A DNA stretch of 64,000 nt from positions 58,815 through 122,814 of the forward strand of contig CAZUFC010000009.1 in NCBI GenBank assembly GCA_964619725.1, read 5' to 3'. Below the pieces are notes generated by a model, which was not told the DNA's origin, ran no database searches, and saw only the letters and a list, made by a program, of their open reading frames with translations. The position numbers were made by a program, and so were the translations under genes. Each line of letters begins with the position of its first letter. Position 1 is the stretch's first letter. Positions 20,639 to 29,405 of the stretch are shown here, piece after piece. Origin of the DNA: an uncultured bacterium (lineage in GTDB: Bacteria > CSSED10-310 > CAZUFC01).

Positions 20639-20681
20639 GGAGCCTGAAACGACTCGAACTGAAAGATTGGGAACTAGTAAA

Positions 20682-23219
20682 ATGAACAGAAAAAAAAACG
20701 AACCAGAATTACCTTTCCCGAAAAAAATCCCAAAGATGCCGGAAGGGTACTATTCCGGCGATAAACCGAATCCAAACCTCCGGGCTTTCGTGGAACGGCA
20801 TATCGAGGAGCGACCTTATGACCCGGAAACCGACGACTATGACGTGCCGGCCTTCGACAAGCCTATCGAAACCACAAAAGCAACGGCTATCTACAACATG
20901 CACACTTATTGGTCAAAGAAGCCGCATGATGCCATACGCCAATATATAAGACATTACACCAAACCAGGCGATTTGGTTCTCGATCCCTTCTGCGGAGCAG
21001 GAGGTACAGCAATAGCTTCAATAATGGAGGGAAGAAAAACTGTAGTTTCTGATTTGTCTCCATCTGCAACTTTTATAACATCCAATTCACTTCGAATAAT
21101 TGATTGTAATGATTTCAAAAAGGCAGTCATAAAACTTGAGAAAAAAATTGGTTCATCACTTGTGGGGCTTTTCAATTCGCCATGGTGTGACGGTATTGTA
21201 AAATCCGTTATTTATTCAGAACGGTTTAGGTGTTCGAGATGCTTTAAACCATATGCATTTATAGAAGCTAACAAAGGAGAAATTCGTAGATTTCGTGGGC
21301 GTAAGAAGGCAAAAGCAGTATGTCCTAATTGTGGTGAAACACTAAAAACTAATATTGATGAAAGATTAGGTTTCGTGCCGGCAGAGCTTCACATTGCAAA
21401 ATCCATTAAATCAAACAGAACAAAGAAAATTAATGTTATAGGTAATAATTCTGTTGCAAATCGCTTCGCAGTTGTTCCTAGCAATTTACCAGATCGTTTA
21501 TTAGTTAAAATTGATGGAAATATACAGCCACGTCTTTCCAGGAATCTTAAAAAATCAGGTGTGGAAGTTGTGGGTCACTTATTTAGTAAAATTAATATTG
21601 ATGCTCTTTTAAAAATTGAAGAAGGTATTACATTATTACATGAAGTCTCAGAAAGTTCAAAAAGTTTACTTATGTTAGCTTTGCACTCAATTCTTTATAA
21701 CTGTACAAGAATGTATCGTTATCGATTGTATACAACGGGCGGTGGAGGATTTAGCGGTACTTATTATATCCCACATCTTTCCAAGTGTATAAACCCATGG
21801 TCAGCGTTTATTAAAAAATGTTCAGTTCTTGAAAATGCCATTAATGAAATTAATACATCAGATAAGGGTGATTTTGCCAATAGTAAGCTTCCGGTAGTCG
21901 TTTCTTGTGAATGTGCTACAAAAATTTCAGATAAAATACCAGCTGATAGCGTAGATTATGTTTTTACGGATCCTCCATATGGTGGTACATATCATTATGG
22001 AGCACTTAATTTAATCTGGGAAACTTGGCGAGGCTGCAATCTTAATTGGAGGACCCGAGAAATTGTTATTTCTGAAGACGGTTTGCATGATTACCAAGAA
22101 TGGTTGAACAGAATGAGTAAAGCTATGGGTGAAATTTATAAGGTTCTTAAGCCCGGTAGGTGCGTAACACTATGTTTTCATGGAGAAGTTGCTCTGTGGC
22201 AAGCAGTAAATGACATCATGGCAGAAATTGGCTTTTTATCAGATAAAAGAGAGGAATCGTTATTTATTGATACAAAGCAGAAGTCCTATAACCAGTTAAC
22301 AGGTTCTACCTCAAAAAAGCGAGATTTAGTTATAAACTTCAGAAAACCAAAACCCAATGAGTTGATTGGAGTTTTCGATTTCGCTTATGCAGAACATAAT
22401 AAAACCTTCAACGAAAAAGTACGAAAAATTATCTACGATTATCTATGTACAAATCCCGGCAGCACAAAAGACCGCATATACGACCACGTAGTAAGCCGCA
22501 TGGTCCGCAAGGGTGAAATGGAGGCGCACGATTTCGATGCAATCCTTAAAACCGTAGCGGAAGAAGTGACGACTCCGGTGATGAAAAGCCTTTTCGAGAA
22601 GAGGGAACCTGACCTGTTCGGCACACATGAGATAAAAAGGTGGTATCTCAAGGAAAGCGAACTGGCGGAGGTTGATGAAGCCGAGACAGCGAGTGAGGAT
22701 TCTGCGGCTGAAAAATTACGGGAATTTATAGCGAAGAGAAACAGCGAGCATCCGGAAGATGAGGGCGTGCATTACAGCGATCTTTTCGAGCATTACATTT
22801 ACGCAGTCAAAGATACGCCGAGGCGGCGTCTTATCGAGTTTCTTCCGGATTATTTTTATAAAACGGAACAGGGAACCTGGCGATTGCCTGCTTCAGAAGA
22901 AGAGGAGTGCGCTAAGCTTGAAGCCAGGGCAAAAGGATTAGGTCGTCGCATCAAGCGTTACATTGCACAACTCCGACAGGGGGTCCTCATTCCGGAGAAG
23001 GAGCAACCCGGTGATGCAACGCTGGCGGAGTGGATACGCTATTGCAAGCGTTCGGGGATGTATGAGCAGGGAAGATTTTTGTATGAGAAGGGCGGCATTA
23101 ATCCCGAAAACCTGCCGGAGGCGGCAATGGCGGATGTTGAGGAAGATTACCAGGTATGTGTGCGTATGCTGAAGCGCGGAACGGACAGGCCGGGACGCAG
23201 CAGGCGCCGGGAGAGTTAA
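20682..23219 (+). CDS. BREX-associated amino-DNA methyltransferase (PglXI-like)
   Basis: YNMHTYWSKKPH, LDPFCGAGGT (motif I), CxxC...CxxC, DYVFTDPPY (motif IV), VLKPG. Confidence 0.85.
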   Translation: MNRKKNEPELPFPKKIPKMPEGYYSGDKPNPNLRAFVERHIEERPYDPETDDYDVPAFDKPIETTKATAIYNMHTYWSKKPHDAIRQYIRHYTKPGDLVLDPFCGAGGTAIASIMEGRKTVVSDLSPSATFITSNSLRIIDCNDFKKAVIKLEKKIGSSLVGLFNSPWCDGIVKSVIYSERFRCSRCFKPYAFIEANKGEIRRFRGRKKAKAVCPNCGETLKTNIDERLGFVPAELHIAKSIKSNRTKKINVIGNNSVANRFAVVPSNLPDRLLVKIDGNIQPRLSRNLKKSGVEVVGHLFSKINIDALLKIEEGITLLHEVSESSKSLLMLALHSILYNCTRMYRYRLYTTGGGGFSGTYYIPHLSKCINPWSAFIKKCSVLENAINEINTSDKGDFANSKLPVVVSCECATKISDKIPADSVDYVFTDPPYGGTYHYGALNLIWETWRGCNLNWRTREIVISEDGLHDYQEWLNRMSKAMGEIYKVLKPGRCVTLCFHGEVALWQAVNDIMAEIGFLSDKREESLFIDTKQKSYNQLTGSTSKKRDLVINFRKPKPNELIGVFDFAYAEHNKTFNEKVRKIIYDYLCTNPGSTKDRIYDHVVSRMVRKGEMEAHDFDAILKTVAEEVTTPVMKSLFEKREPDLFGTHEIKRWYLKESELAEVDEAETASEDSAAEKLREFIAKRNSEHPEDEGVHYSDLFEHYIYAVKDTPRRRLIEFLPDYFYKTEQGTWRLPASEEEECAKLEARAKGLGRRIKRYIAQLRQGVLIPEKEQPGDATLAEWIRYCKRSGMYEQGRFLYEKGGINPENLPEAAMADVEEDYQVCVRMLKRGTDRPGRSRRRES

Positions 23220-23233
23220 CGGGGTATTTGACG

Positions 23234-24415
23234 ATGAATGAACAACATCGATTGTCTTCAATAAGAATCAAAGGATACCGGCCTTTTGACGATATAGAGG
23301 TGCGTTTGGAGCCTTTACAGGTTATAGCGGGCGCTAACGGATCGGGTAAAACGAGTCTTTTCGAGTTTTTGAGTTTCATTCGTGACGCCTGTTATCATGA
23401 GATTCCCCCGGAAATTATAATGGGAACAACAGGCCGGCAGATTTTTCATAAACCGGGACCGGATAAATTCTGGTGGAGCGCTGAAATAGAAAATGATCAA
23501 AAAACGCCTCTCTGCTATGAGGGTGAATTATTGGGTCCTGTCGGGTCGGCAAAAATAGCGTACGAACGAGTTGCATCGAGGGAACGACCAGCGGAGAGGA
23601 ATAGCAGCGAACATATCTATTTAGACTTTAAAAACGGCGAAGGTTGCGTTCGGTATCCCGGGAAGGGCAAAGATAAAAGGAAGAAGTGGGATTTAAGAAA
23701 ACCTAATCAGTTGGGACTTGGTGCGATCACGGATTCAAGCCTGGTTACTCTTTTTAATTTAAGGGAATATATCCGGAATTGGCGATTTTACGATTCCTTT
23801 CATATCAACGATGAAAAAATCAGAAAATCGGTCCCGACAAGTCAGGAACCTATGCTCCAGGAGGATGCCGGCAATTTAAGCGCAGTGTTGTTCAACCTGA
23901 TGACCGAGCATCCGGAATCTTTCGAAGAGTTAAAATTTGCGATCAGTTCTGCAGTTCCCGGATTCAACGGACTTAATGTAAAAGCGAGAGGAGGTCCCGG
24001 CGAAGTCATTGCGTTTTGGCGTGAGAAGGCCTGCGACACTGAGCTGAGTCTTGCTGATTTGTCTGACGGAACGTTGCGATTTATTGCCTGGGCGACCTTG
24101 TGCGTGATGCCCTCGCCGCCGTCTTTGATTTGTATTGACGATCCTGACCTGGGCGTTCATCCCAGGACTCTTCCTGTTCTCGCCTCCCTGTTTCAAGAGG
24201 CATCGCTGCGTACCCAGATTATTCTTGCGACCCATGCCTCTTATTTTCTTAGCCGTTTTGATTTAAAAAACATTGCGGTAATGAGAAAGATTTCAGGAAA
24301 AAGCTTATTTCTTAAAGCCGGGGATTCTCAAACCTTGCTGGATAACCTTAAGGATTTCGGCGACGATGAGCTTGAAAAGATGCATAGGACGGATGAACTG
24401 GAGGCGCTGGCGTGA
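23234..24415 (+). CDS. AAA_21/AbiEii-like ABC-type ATPase
   Basis: IKGYRPF, GANGSGKT, LSDGTLRF signature, ICIDDPDLGVHP, ILATH. Confidence 0.88.
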   Translation: MNEQHRLSSIRIKGYRPFDDIEVRLEPLQVIAGANGSGKTSLFEFLSFIRDACYHEIPPEIIMGTTGRQIFHKPGPDKFWWSAEIENDQKTPLCYEGELLGPVGSAKIAYERVASRERPAERNSSEHIYLDFKNGEGCVRYPGKGKDKRKKWDLRKPNQLGLGAITDSSLVTLFNLREYIRNWRFYDSFHINDEKIRKSVPTSQEPMLQEDAGNLSAVLFNLMTEHPESFEELKFAISSAVPGFNGLNVKARGGPGEVIAFWREKACDTELSLADLSDGTLRFIAWATLCVMPSPPSLICIDDPDLGVHPRTLPVLASLFQEASLRTQIILATHASYFLSRFDLKNIAVMRKISGKSLFLKAGDSQTLLDNLKDFGDDELEKMHRTDELEALA

Positions 24416-25059
24416 GTGAAGTATTTATTTATGTTGAAGGTCCCAGCGATCAGCGCAGTATGAGGGAACTGTTTGATGAAGTGATGAGAGAATGCGAAAA
24501 AATGGGAACCGTAGTTGATTTTTTCCCGCTGAACGGGAAGGAGCCGCTTTTAAATAAAGGTCCTACAAAGGCATTGAATATTTTGAGGAACCGACCGAAT
24601 TCGTATGTATTCCTCGTCCCTGACCTTTATCCGCCCAACAAGCCGTTCCCGCATGCTGATTTCCAGGAATTGAGAAAAGAATTGAAGGCAAGATTCAACC
24701 GTGAAATTGAAAGAAAAGCCTGCGATGAGAGGCTTGCAGACCGCTTTTTCGTGCATTGTTTTAAACATGATCTTGAAGCGCTGGTTCTCGCCTCGGAAAC
24801 CGCTTTCCTCTCCAGGCTGGATAAGCCCAAGTTCTCTCGATCCTGGACCAGACCCGTTGAAAACCAGGACAGTAATAATCCGCCGAAACGCATTGTTGAA
24901 GCGCTGTTCAGAGATGCAGGCATGATATACAGGGACGTTGCGGATGCGCCCTGGATTCTGAAACGTTCCAGCCTGAATGAATTATGCGATAAATGCCCTC
25001 AGAATTTTAAACCCTTTGCGGTGGATATATTCCGTTTAATTGGAAGGAAGATATCATGA
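24412..25059 (+). CDS. DUF4276-family (TOPRIM-like) partner of the ATPase
   Basis: IYVEGPSD, HDLEALVLA, PVEN...PPK, KCPQNF; GTGA overlap with the ATPase. Confidence 0.75.
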   Translation: MSEVFIYVEGPSDQRSMRELFDEVMRECEKMGTVVDFFPLNGKEPLLNKGPTKALNILRNRPNSYVFLVPDLYPPNKPFPHADFQELRKELKARFNREIERKACDERLADRFFVHCFKHDLEALVLASETAFLSRLDKPKFSRSWTRPVENQDSNNPPKRIVEALFRDAGMIYRDVADAPWILKRSSLNELCDKCPQNFKPFAVDIFRLIGRKIS

Positions 25060-28000
25060 GCCAGGCAGACAGTTTGACATTCAGAAACAATTTAAACGAA
25101 ATATGCGATGTTCCCGACAGGATTATTTCTGTTTATTCGCTGGAAAAGCATGTATGGGCTGATTCGAATTCCGAGGCAAGCCGAAAAGCGCGTCGTCCGG
25201 AGCTTCGCACAATCGAGGAATTCCAGTTCGCTCCTGTTCGTTCTTTTATGACTGACGTATTCCGCAACATGGCCGCTCCATGGAAAAGGGAGCGCAGGGA
25301 GAACCCAATCGGACAGGGATATTGGGTTCAGGCGGAGTTCGGTTCCGGCAAATCGCATCTGCTTTGCTGTCTGTCAGGGCTGGCCCTGGGACGTGAAGAA
25401 GCCTGGGACATTCTGAACAAAAAGGAGAAGGATTCAGGTCGAGGCAAGCGGGAATCACTTTACCGGTTCTGGGAGGAAGGTATCAGCTCTAAAAGCCGGA
25501 AATCAAAGGGAATATTTGTCGTGGTCAGCACATTGGTAGGCTCCGGCGGCGGAGCGATTGGATTGTCTGATAAAGGACGTCGTCTTTCCGATTATATCCT
25601 GGAAGCTGTGAAGAATCAGATAAATATCGAGCTGGGGAAGAACGTTTCGCTGTATCCGGCGGAGTTGCTGGCAGACCGTTTCGTTAGTGAGGACCTGGAG
25701 CGCTACCGGAAGGACCTGGCAACTTTTTTTCGTGATCCGAGATATTTTGAGGAGGATGAATCAGAGGAAGTGGACGAATTTATCCGCACGATACAGCAAG
25801 ATGATACGCCGGAATATAAGCGAAGCTGCGGCAACAAATTATGGCGTTTTTATACGGAGTATCTGAAGGTTCAGCCGCAGATTGCCGCCGAGACGGAAGA
25901 TATTCTGAAGCATATGGCGGAGACGATATTGGCCGAAGGGTACAGCGGCATTTTGCTGGTTTTGGACGAGGTGTCCTTGTTCATGAAGGACCGTGACGAC
26001 GGGCAGCGGGCCGATGATGAAAAGACCCTTGTAGTTTTATCGAATCGCCTGGCCAAAATTCACAATCTTCCTGTCTGGACGGTCTGTTCTGCGCAGCAGG
26101 CGATCGAAAGCAAAATGGGAGTAAAGAACATAATCGCAGATGACCGTTTAAAGCTTGTCAAGCTGCTTGAGGAGGACCGGGATTATTATGACATTGTACT
26201 TTCGCGAGTACGAGAAATAAAAAACGAAAAGGCTATCGGCAGCTATTACCTTCACTATAAACGAGGATTCACCTGGCCCGGCAGTATAGGCGAGTCGGAA
26301 TTCCGTCATTTTTTTCCTTTCCACAAACCTGCTATTGAGATATTGAAAGCCATTACCTATGAGCTGACTACGGCGCGTTCCGCCATTCATTTCATGCATC
26401 AGACCCTTAAACATCAGATAAAAAATAAGGGGAATGAAATAATAAGGCTGTGGGAGCTTTTCGATGAAACGGTGCGATATGAGGAGGACCCGAGCGGCGT
26501 TCATGCTGGACTGGTCGCGATCAAGACGAAACGTGAGTCGGATTACCGGGTTTATGAGGTATGCAAGCGACAGATCGACAATTTGACCAGGGGATACCTG
26601 AAAGTTCACCGAGACAAAGCCGTCAAAGTTCTTCAAACGCTGTTTCTTTACCATATAGCCAGAATGGACCAGCCAGGCGTCACGCCTGAAGATATCGCGA
26701 ATTCTGTGCTTATCGAAAGGGATGCTGATGCTGATCCGACTGAGAATATACAGCATTACGAAAGCATAACGGAAAATTTGAAAAGGGAACTGCGGCAGAT
26801 CGTTCAATCTTTTGATGAGGAGAACAGGCCGAGATACCGGTTTGATCCTGTTTTTACCGTTGTTGATCCGAGGGATGAATTCCGCAAGGCCAGGGATGAA
26901 GCTGAATCGAATGAATTAATGCAGAAGGAGGCGTGGGAGCATCTTCTGGCGCTTGACGAGTGGCCGGTGCGGACCCGTCAGATGACGATCGACCTTTCCA
27001 GCGGCGTAAGGTCGATTTTCCGGGATATAGCGCCGTTCCTGGCGCCCTGGGAAGACCGGAATTCAGCCCGCTCAGGGGACCAGAACCTGGACGTTGTATG
27101 GCAGGGGCGGCAGATTTCCGGGAAAGCAGGGATGCGCGATTTCGGAAGAATGTTTTCCGAGAATCTTCCCTTGCCGGGGATTGAAAGCGATCAGACTGAC
27201 ATGGATTTCGCCGTCTACGCAGGAATGCGTCATGTCAGCAGCAACATCGTATTAAAGCTCATTGAAAGGCGTAAAGACCCGCGTATCCTTCTTTGGACCC
27301 CTGATGAGCTGACACAGAACGAACGTGACAGACTCATCGACTTCGCTGCTTATCGCAAGCTTATTTCCGATTGGCAGGGAAAGGAAACCGAGGATGCAGT
27401 CGCCGTCATCAATTGGGTATCGCACTCACTTCAGTCCGATCTGGCCAATATAATTAAAATCGTCGACAACTCTTATGCCCGCGGCCGAATTGATGCTTTG
27501 AACAATACCCAAATGGAATTTCGGGTTGCCGGAGAACTCGTAAACATCATAACGCCGCTGGTGGATAAAGCGCTGACGGCAGCTTATGTTTCCCGTGACG
27601 TCAAGTTCGATCCCCCTTTCATCTTCCGCAAGGAAGAAGGAGTAAAAGTTATAAACGGTATAGTTAAAACCGGCCGCATTCTCAGGGGCGCCAAACCGAA
27701 CAAGGATATAAGCGCTGCCCAAAATTTCGGCTTCAGTCTGAATATCATGAAAAAAAGCGCGGAGAAGGAGCTTGATTTTTCAGAAAATCCTTACGTTAAT
27801 GATATATGGACATTCATTGACGAAAAACTGACGGATGCCGGTCAAACCATGAAGCTGGAAACTCTGTATAAAAATTTCATGGGTATCGGCGGTCCAAAGG
27901 ACTATGGACTTACCAGGCGCATGGTTCAGATTTACCTTCTCTGCCTGGTACGCGAAGGTCGCGTTCGGGTCGCCCTAGGGCATAAGGCAGGTCTTGCTGA

Positions 28001-29393
28001 TCCCTTAATTGATTATGCGAATATTGCCGGGATTGATTTCTCAGCTAAAACGCTTGATGCTTTTAATGAGATTCAGAAAGTAGCCAAACCGGAAAACTGG
28101 GAAGTATTAAAACCGTATGCAGAGAAACTGCTCGGTATCGTAATACCTGTCATTCATGATGATGCGGAAATTTCTGAATACAGGGCAAGACTGAGGCAGT
28201 TGTTCTCTCAGGAAAAAGAGAGGGGCGCAAGACTGGCGGGACGTGTGCAAAGTCTGTTTGAAACACTCAAGACCGCTAATCCCTATGAACAGGAATTTAA
28301 GCAGGTCGTTGACTTGTTCTCCGCCGAGATCGAGCAAGGAGACGACATAGACCTTATTTTATATGCTTTAAAAGATGCCATGGGTTACCAGGCTTTTGAT
28401 ACGAACAGGCCAGATACTGAAGAAGCGGACGACCTTGCCGGTCGATTAAAGAATTACCATGATATTCGTAATTTTCTCGCATTTGAGAATGAGATTCGGA
28501 CTGCCCATGCCTATTGTTCCATCGACCTGACGGAAACGCGGGAATTAGCCGGCGCTGCAGCGGCTATCGATTCGGTTCGCTTTAAACTGGATAAAATAAA
28601 GGAATTCATTGATTCTGACGTAAAACTGAGGACCGAATTAGTAGGCGCTTTCCCGCCGGTAAAAGGTGAGAAAGGCACAATTTCGGCTATGATACGCGAA
28701 TACTCGTCCGTATATTTGCCTACGCATGAATCCGTCATCAGTCATATCGAAAACAGCCGCAAGCGTGTTGAAAATGTTATTGCGGGAAACGATTTCAAAG
28801 TTTTAGGAATTTTGGACGGAATTACCGCTCTGAAGTCTTCGAGCGCAGATAATCTGGAAAGACTTCTTATACAACTTTACGAGGAAATTTTTGATTGTCC
28901 GTCGCCTTCCCGCAATTCTGTTGAGGAACAATTGCGCAACGATCCGCTGCATGAATGCGGACTATCTTTTGTTAATGCATCGAACTTTGTTCAAAAAGCT
29001 GAACGTGCAGTATCGGATACCCTTGGATTGCTGGATGATGCTTACCGCAAAAGGATGGAAGTTTTCATGAATCCTGCGGTGCGCAAACGTTTGAACCAGG
29101 GAAGTGATGAACCGTTAATCGCTGGTTTACTGGCCTGTGATTCCGTTGAGGAACTTCGAGCTTATTTCGTGAAAACAGCGCCGGTCAATCCTGAAATCGT
29201 GGATATGATTAACAAGTATTTGAAAAAAATCGTTATAAAACGAGTGAAAATGAGTGATTTTAAGCCTGAAACGGGTACGATCGAGAAAGAACAGGTATTG
29301 CAGGTGTCTGAGGAGTTCCGGACCTTTTTAGAAAATAAATTCGGCGACCTGCAAGAGGATGATGACGAGCTTCCCATGCTGCAGTTGGAATAG
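25056..29393 (+). CDS. brxC: large BREX P-loop ATPase (BrxC/PglY-like)
   Basis: AEFGSGKSH Walker A, LLVLDE Walker B, FFPFH; 1445 aa; directly upstream of pglZ. Confidence 0.75.
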   Translation: MSQADSLTFRNNLNEICDVPDRIISVYSLEKHVWADSNSEASRKARRPELRTIEEFQFAPVRSFMTDVFRNMAAPWKRERRENPIGQGYWVQAEFGSGKSHLLCCLSGLALGREEAWDILNKKEKDSGRGKRESLYRFWEEGISSKSRKSKGIFVVVSTLVGSGGGAIGLSDKGRRLSDYILEAVKNQINIELGKNVSLYPAELLADRFVSEDLERYRKDLATFFRDPRYFEEDESEEVDEFIRTIQQDDTPEYKRSCGNKLWRFYTEYLKVQPQIAAETEDILKHMAETILAEGYSGILLVLDEVSLFMKDRDDGQRADDEKTLVVLSNRLAKIHNLPVWTVCSAQQAIESKMGVKNIIADDRLKLVKLLEEDRDYYDIVLSRVREIKNEKAIGSYYLHYKRGFTWPGSIGESEFRHFFPFHKPAIEILKAITYELTTARSAIHFMHQTLKHQIKNKGNEIIRLWELFDETVRYEEDPSGVHAGLVAIKTKRESDYRVYEVCKRQIDNLTRGYLKVHRDKAVKVLQTLFLYHIARMDQPGVTPEDIANSVLIERDADADPTENIQHYESITENLKRELRQIVQSFDEENRPRYRFDPVFTVVDPRDEFRKARDEAESNELMQKEAWEHLLALDEWPVRTRQMTIDLSSGVRSIFRDIAPFLAPWEDRNSARSGDQNLDVVWQGRQISGKAGMRDFGRMFSENLPLPGIESDQTDMDFAVYAGMRHVSSNIVLKLIERRKDPRILLWTPDELTQNERDRLIDFAAYRKLISDWQGKETEDAVAVINWVSHSLQSDLANIIKIVDNSYARGRIDALNNTQMEFRVAGELVNIITPLVDKALTAAYVSRDVKFDPPFIFRKEEGVKVINGIVKTGRILRGAKPNKDISAAQNFGFSLNIMKKSAEKELDFSENPYVNDIWTFIDEKLTDAGQTMKLETLYKNFMGIGGPKDYGLTRRMVQIYLLCLVREGRVRVALGHKAGLADPLIDYANIAGIDFSAKTLDAFNEIQKVAKPENWEVLKPYAEKLLGIVIPVIHDDAEISEYRARLRQLFSQEKERGARLAGRVQSLFETLKTANPYEQEFKQVVDLFSAEIEQGDDIDLILYALKDAMGYQAFDTNRPDTEEADDLAGRLKNYHDIRNFLAFENEIRTAHAYCSIDLTETRELAGAAAAIDSVRFKLDKIKEFIDSDVKLRTELVGAFPPVKGEKGTISAMIREYSSVYLPTHESVISHIENSRKRVENVIAGNDFKVLGILDGITALKSSSADNLERLLIQLYEEIFDCPSPSRNSVEEQLRNDPLHECGLSFVNASNFVQKAERAVSDTLGLLDDAYRKRMEVFMNPAVRKRLNQGSDEPLIAGLLACDSVEELRAYFVKTAPVNPEIVDMINKYLKKIVIKRVKMSDFKPETGTIEKEQVLQVSEEFRTFLENKFGDLQEDDDELPMLQLE

Positions 29394-29405
29394 GAGGAAG
29401 AATCC

